DNA of 64,000 bases from Alphaproteobacteria bacterium (lineage in GTDB: Bacteria > Pseudomonadota > Alphaproteobacteria > MPNO01 > UBA830): contig JAJEBT010000113.1 in the NCBI GenBank assembly GCA_022822405.1, positions 12,500-76,499 on the forward strand, in the 5' to 3' direction. A program made the position numbers and the translations under genes. Positions 61,865-64,000 of this stretch are shown piece by piece; the stretch's first letter is position 1; every line of letters starts with the position of its first letter. Below the pieces are notes generated by a model. It was not told the DNA's origin. It ran no database searches and saw only the letters and a program-made list of their open reading frames with translations.

Positions 61865-62322
61865 GGAGTTGCGGCTCCCGACGGACGAGGGTAGGCGATG
61901 GTTACTGATCCAGTAATCCCGTTGTAGGCCATCGTTACGTGCTGAAGAAGTGTCCTGCCCATGAGCGCCGAGTGCGGCTGGCCGCCGGCATGGAGGTGCA
62001 CCCCAGCGAATTTCCCGGACAGAACCACCCCTAAAACGGGGATGAATATCTGAGCAAGATGGACATTCACCTCGGCCGATCCGTGAGCACCAGATACCTG
62101 CTGACGATCAATGATCGGCAAGTCTACTGTGGTGGCAATCGAGGAGTCGATGCAACTTTCAGATGCTCCAGTATCCACCAAGGCATGATATTCGGTATTG
62201 GCCAGATTCGGAGTGTGGCCAACTCGATAAGCTGGATCGAAACCTATACACACATGGAGCGTAGGGCCGAACTGGACCAGACTATCAGGTTGGCCAGGGA
62301 ACCCGCACTCAGCCTGAGGCAT
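61861..62322 (-). CDS. Retropepsin-like (clan AA) aspartyl protease
   Basis: ALVDTGASESCI catalytic motif and LMGRTLL C-terminal motif; single domain, no signal peptide. Confidence 0.85.
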   Translation of the reverse strand: MPQAECGFPGQPDSLVQFGPTLHVCIGFDPAYRVGHTPNLANTEYHALVDTGASESCIDSSIATTVDLPIIDRQQVSGAHGSAEVNVHLAQIFIPVLGVVLSGKFAGVHLHAGGQPHSALMGRTLLQHVTMAYNGITGSVTIAYPRPSGAATP

Positions 62323-62578
62323 GCGCAGCCACTGGATTGTAGAGAACGGACGCGGGCAACGTGATCGGGGGGGCTCCCACCTTCCTGATCAGATAAGGTC
62401 CCCGCCCGAACTGCTCAACCGCGTACTCTGCCGCCTGCTCGAACGTATCGTAGATGCCTACAAGCACCTGGCTGTGCACGATCACCCACTTCCCCAAGTG
62501 ATCCGTTTCGAGCCCGCTACGAATTCCTTCATACGCAGCAATCTCCTTGGACAGGGTCGGCGTCGTCGTATCAGACAT
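62309..62578 (-). CDS. Small DUF5678-like protein coupled to the protease
   Basis: EIAAYE..L..HLGKWVIVH..LVGIYDTFEQA..FG..PYLIRKVG; overlaps protease start by 14 nt; GAGGGG RBS. Confidence 0.7.
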   Translation of the reverse strand: MSDTTTPTLSKEIAAYEGIRSGLETDHLGKWVIVHSQVLVGIYDTFEQAAEYAVEQFGRGPYLIRKVGAPPITLPASVLYNPVAAHASG

Positions 62579-62925
62579 TTGCCCCTCCCCCCTCTTGTCA
62601 GCGTCTCACCCAAGCGTAATATGGCCCGACATGTCTTAGCTGTCGGTCTCTCCGTGTTTTGATGAGGGCCACAACCCTAAGGCATGCATTGTTACCTGTA
62701 AATAGTGCCCGTGACCGCTTGGTCACGCTTCCACGAGCTGCGGGAACGCCGGCGCGCGGCGTGAGATTCGCCTGTTGGTGACGATTTGGGAGCTCAGGAG
62801 GCCTCTCTCGTGGCCTGAAGGCGGGGCGGCGAGCGATGATCCGGGGCGCGAATTTTGAAGACGGGGGTGATGGGTATAGAACCGGCTTGCCCTTGCCGGC
62901 TATGGCGGGGCGGACAGGAGGCCCC

Positions 62926-64000
62926 ATGAGCCAGCGAGACAGGAAGGGCGCGATCTACGCCCGCTATAGTTCCGCTATGCAGAATCCGAGATCCATCGAG
63001 GACCAGCTGGTTCTCTGTCGACGAAGGATTCCGGATGGCGCCGCGGGCGCGGAGATCGACGTCTACGTCGATCGCGCCGAGACCGCGACCTCCATGTATG
63101 AGCGCGACGGACTGCACCGGCTGCTGCGCGATGTCGCGGACGGGCTGGTGGGTTTCGTGCTGGCGGAATCCCTTGACCGCATCTCCCGGGATCTGGCGGA
63201 TCTGGCGGGGTTCTACAAGCGCCTGCAGTTCCACGACGTGGAGCTGAGCACGGTCGAGGAGGGGCGGATCACGCCCCTGCATGTGGGCCTGAAGGGCGTG
63301 ATGAACCAGGAACACATATCAAGCCTGGCCCTGAAGACGCGGCGCGGCATGGAGGGCGTCGTAAGGCAAGGGCGGGCGACCGGCGGCGTCGCCTACGGCT
63401 ACCGGGTCGCCAACCGGATCAACCCCGACGGGCAGATCGTGCGCGGATTGCGGGAGATCGACGTCGATCAGGCGGAGGTGGTGCGCCGGATCTACCGATG
63501 GTACGCGGACGGCAGGGGCGTACGCTGGATCGCTGACCAGCTCAACGCCGAAGGCATCCCGGCGCCAGGGGGAGGGCTATGGAAGACGGGGGTGATCAAC
63601 GGACACGCGAAGCGGCGGAACGGAATCCTGCAGAACGAACTCTATTGCGGCCGGCGGGTGTTCGGCAGAACCAGGAGCCGGCGTGATCCGGACACCGGGC
63701 GCCGGCGGGCGCGCTTCATGCCGCCTGACGAATGGACCGTTGTGGAGGTGCCGGAGCTCCGGATCATCGAAGAGGATCTCTGGGCGGTCGCGCAACTCCG
63801 GCGGAAGGCGGGCAAGCGGAGCGGGCCGGGACGGCGTACGAACCGGCCGCTCACGGGGCTCGTGCGCTGCGGAATGTGCGGCGGCCGTATGACGATTCAT
63901 CAACGTGCACGGTATGCCTGTCTGACGCGGCAGGAGACGGGGGCTTGCGCGATGCGGCGGCGCGTTGCGGCCGAGGACGTAGAGCAGACAGCAGCGCAGC
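62926..64000 (+). CDS. Large serine recombinase (integrase), runs off the right edge
   Basis: Not in ORF track. ATG 62926 after AGGAGG: AIYARYSS..SIEDQ, ESLDRISR, KTRRG, GGVAYGY, ILQNELY.G, zinc ribbon LTGLVRCGMCGG..YAC..GAC. Confidence 0.93.
   Translation, partial: MSQRDRKGAIYARYSSAMQNPRSIEDQLVLCRRRIPDGAAGAEIDVYVDRAETATSMYERDGLHRLLRDVADGLVGFVLAESLDRISRDLADLAGFYKRLQFHDVELSTVEEGRITPLHVGLKGVMNQEHISSLALKTRRGMEGVVRQGRATGGVAYGYRVANRINPDGQIVRGLREIDVDQAEVVRRIYRWYADGRGVRWIADQLNAEGIPAPGGGLWKTGVINGHAKRRNGILQNELYCGRRVFGRTRSRRDPDTGRRRARFMPPDEWTVVEVPELRIIEEDLWAVAQLRRKAGKRSGPGRRTNRPLTGLVRCGMCGGRMTIHQRARYACLTRQETGACAMRRRVAAEDVEQTAAQ

Larger units (their letters stand above)
56620..64000. mobile_element. 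Putative integrated plasmid-like element (repC-parA-parB, serine integrase); right end outside window
   Basis: Replication, partition and integration genes contiguous with chromosomal-type genes; left boundary approximate, no att site identified. Confidence 0.7.

Overview
High-GC bacterial DNA, most consistent with an alphaproteobacterium (gltD-gltB order, hisN, yejA, NDUFA9-like epimerase, DUF983-SURF1, RepC). Housekeeping genes (gltDB, uppP, hisN, M32 carboxypeptidase, SURF1, ctaA, an Nfu-type Fe-S carrier, zur) are interleaved with many catabolic/redox genes: four intact luciferase-like monooxygenases (LLM) plus one pseudogene, TauD, UbiD, gentisate dioxygenase, two xanthine-dehydrogenase-family operons, gamma-resorcylate-type decarboxylase and a CADD/PqqC-like diiron protein. 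Four defence/toxin-antitoxin (TA) islets occur: higB-higA-mrr-MmeI-like RM at the left edge, relBE beside a broken LLM gene, a DUF6516+HTH pair with tandem operators, and a decayed type I RM locus carrying DUF433/PIN and DUF3883. From about 56.6 kb to the right edge lies a plasmid-like element joined directly to chromosomal-type genes. It has repC-parA-parB in non-canonical order, a predicted antisense RNA, an intragenic origin candidate, a 23-bp palindrome inside parB, an ArdC/ParB chimeric mini-ORF, a WGR protein, an AT-richer small-protein + retropepsin pair and a large serine recombinase. I saw no rRNA, tRNA or CRISPR array. All family calls come from motif recognition by eye, not database searches.
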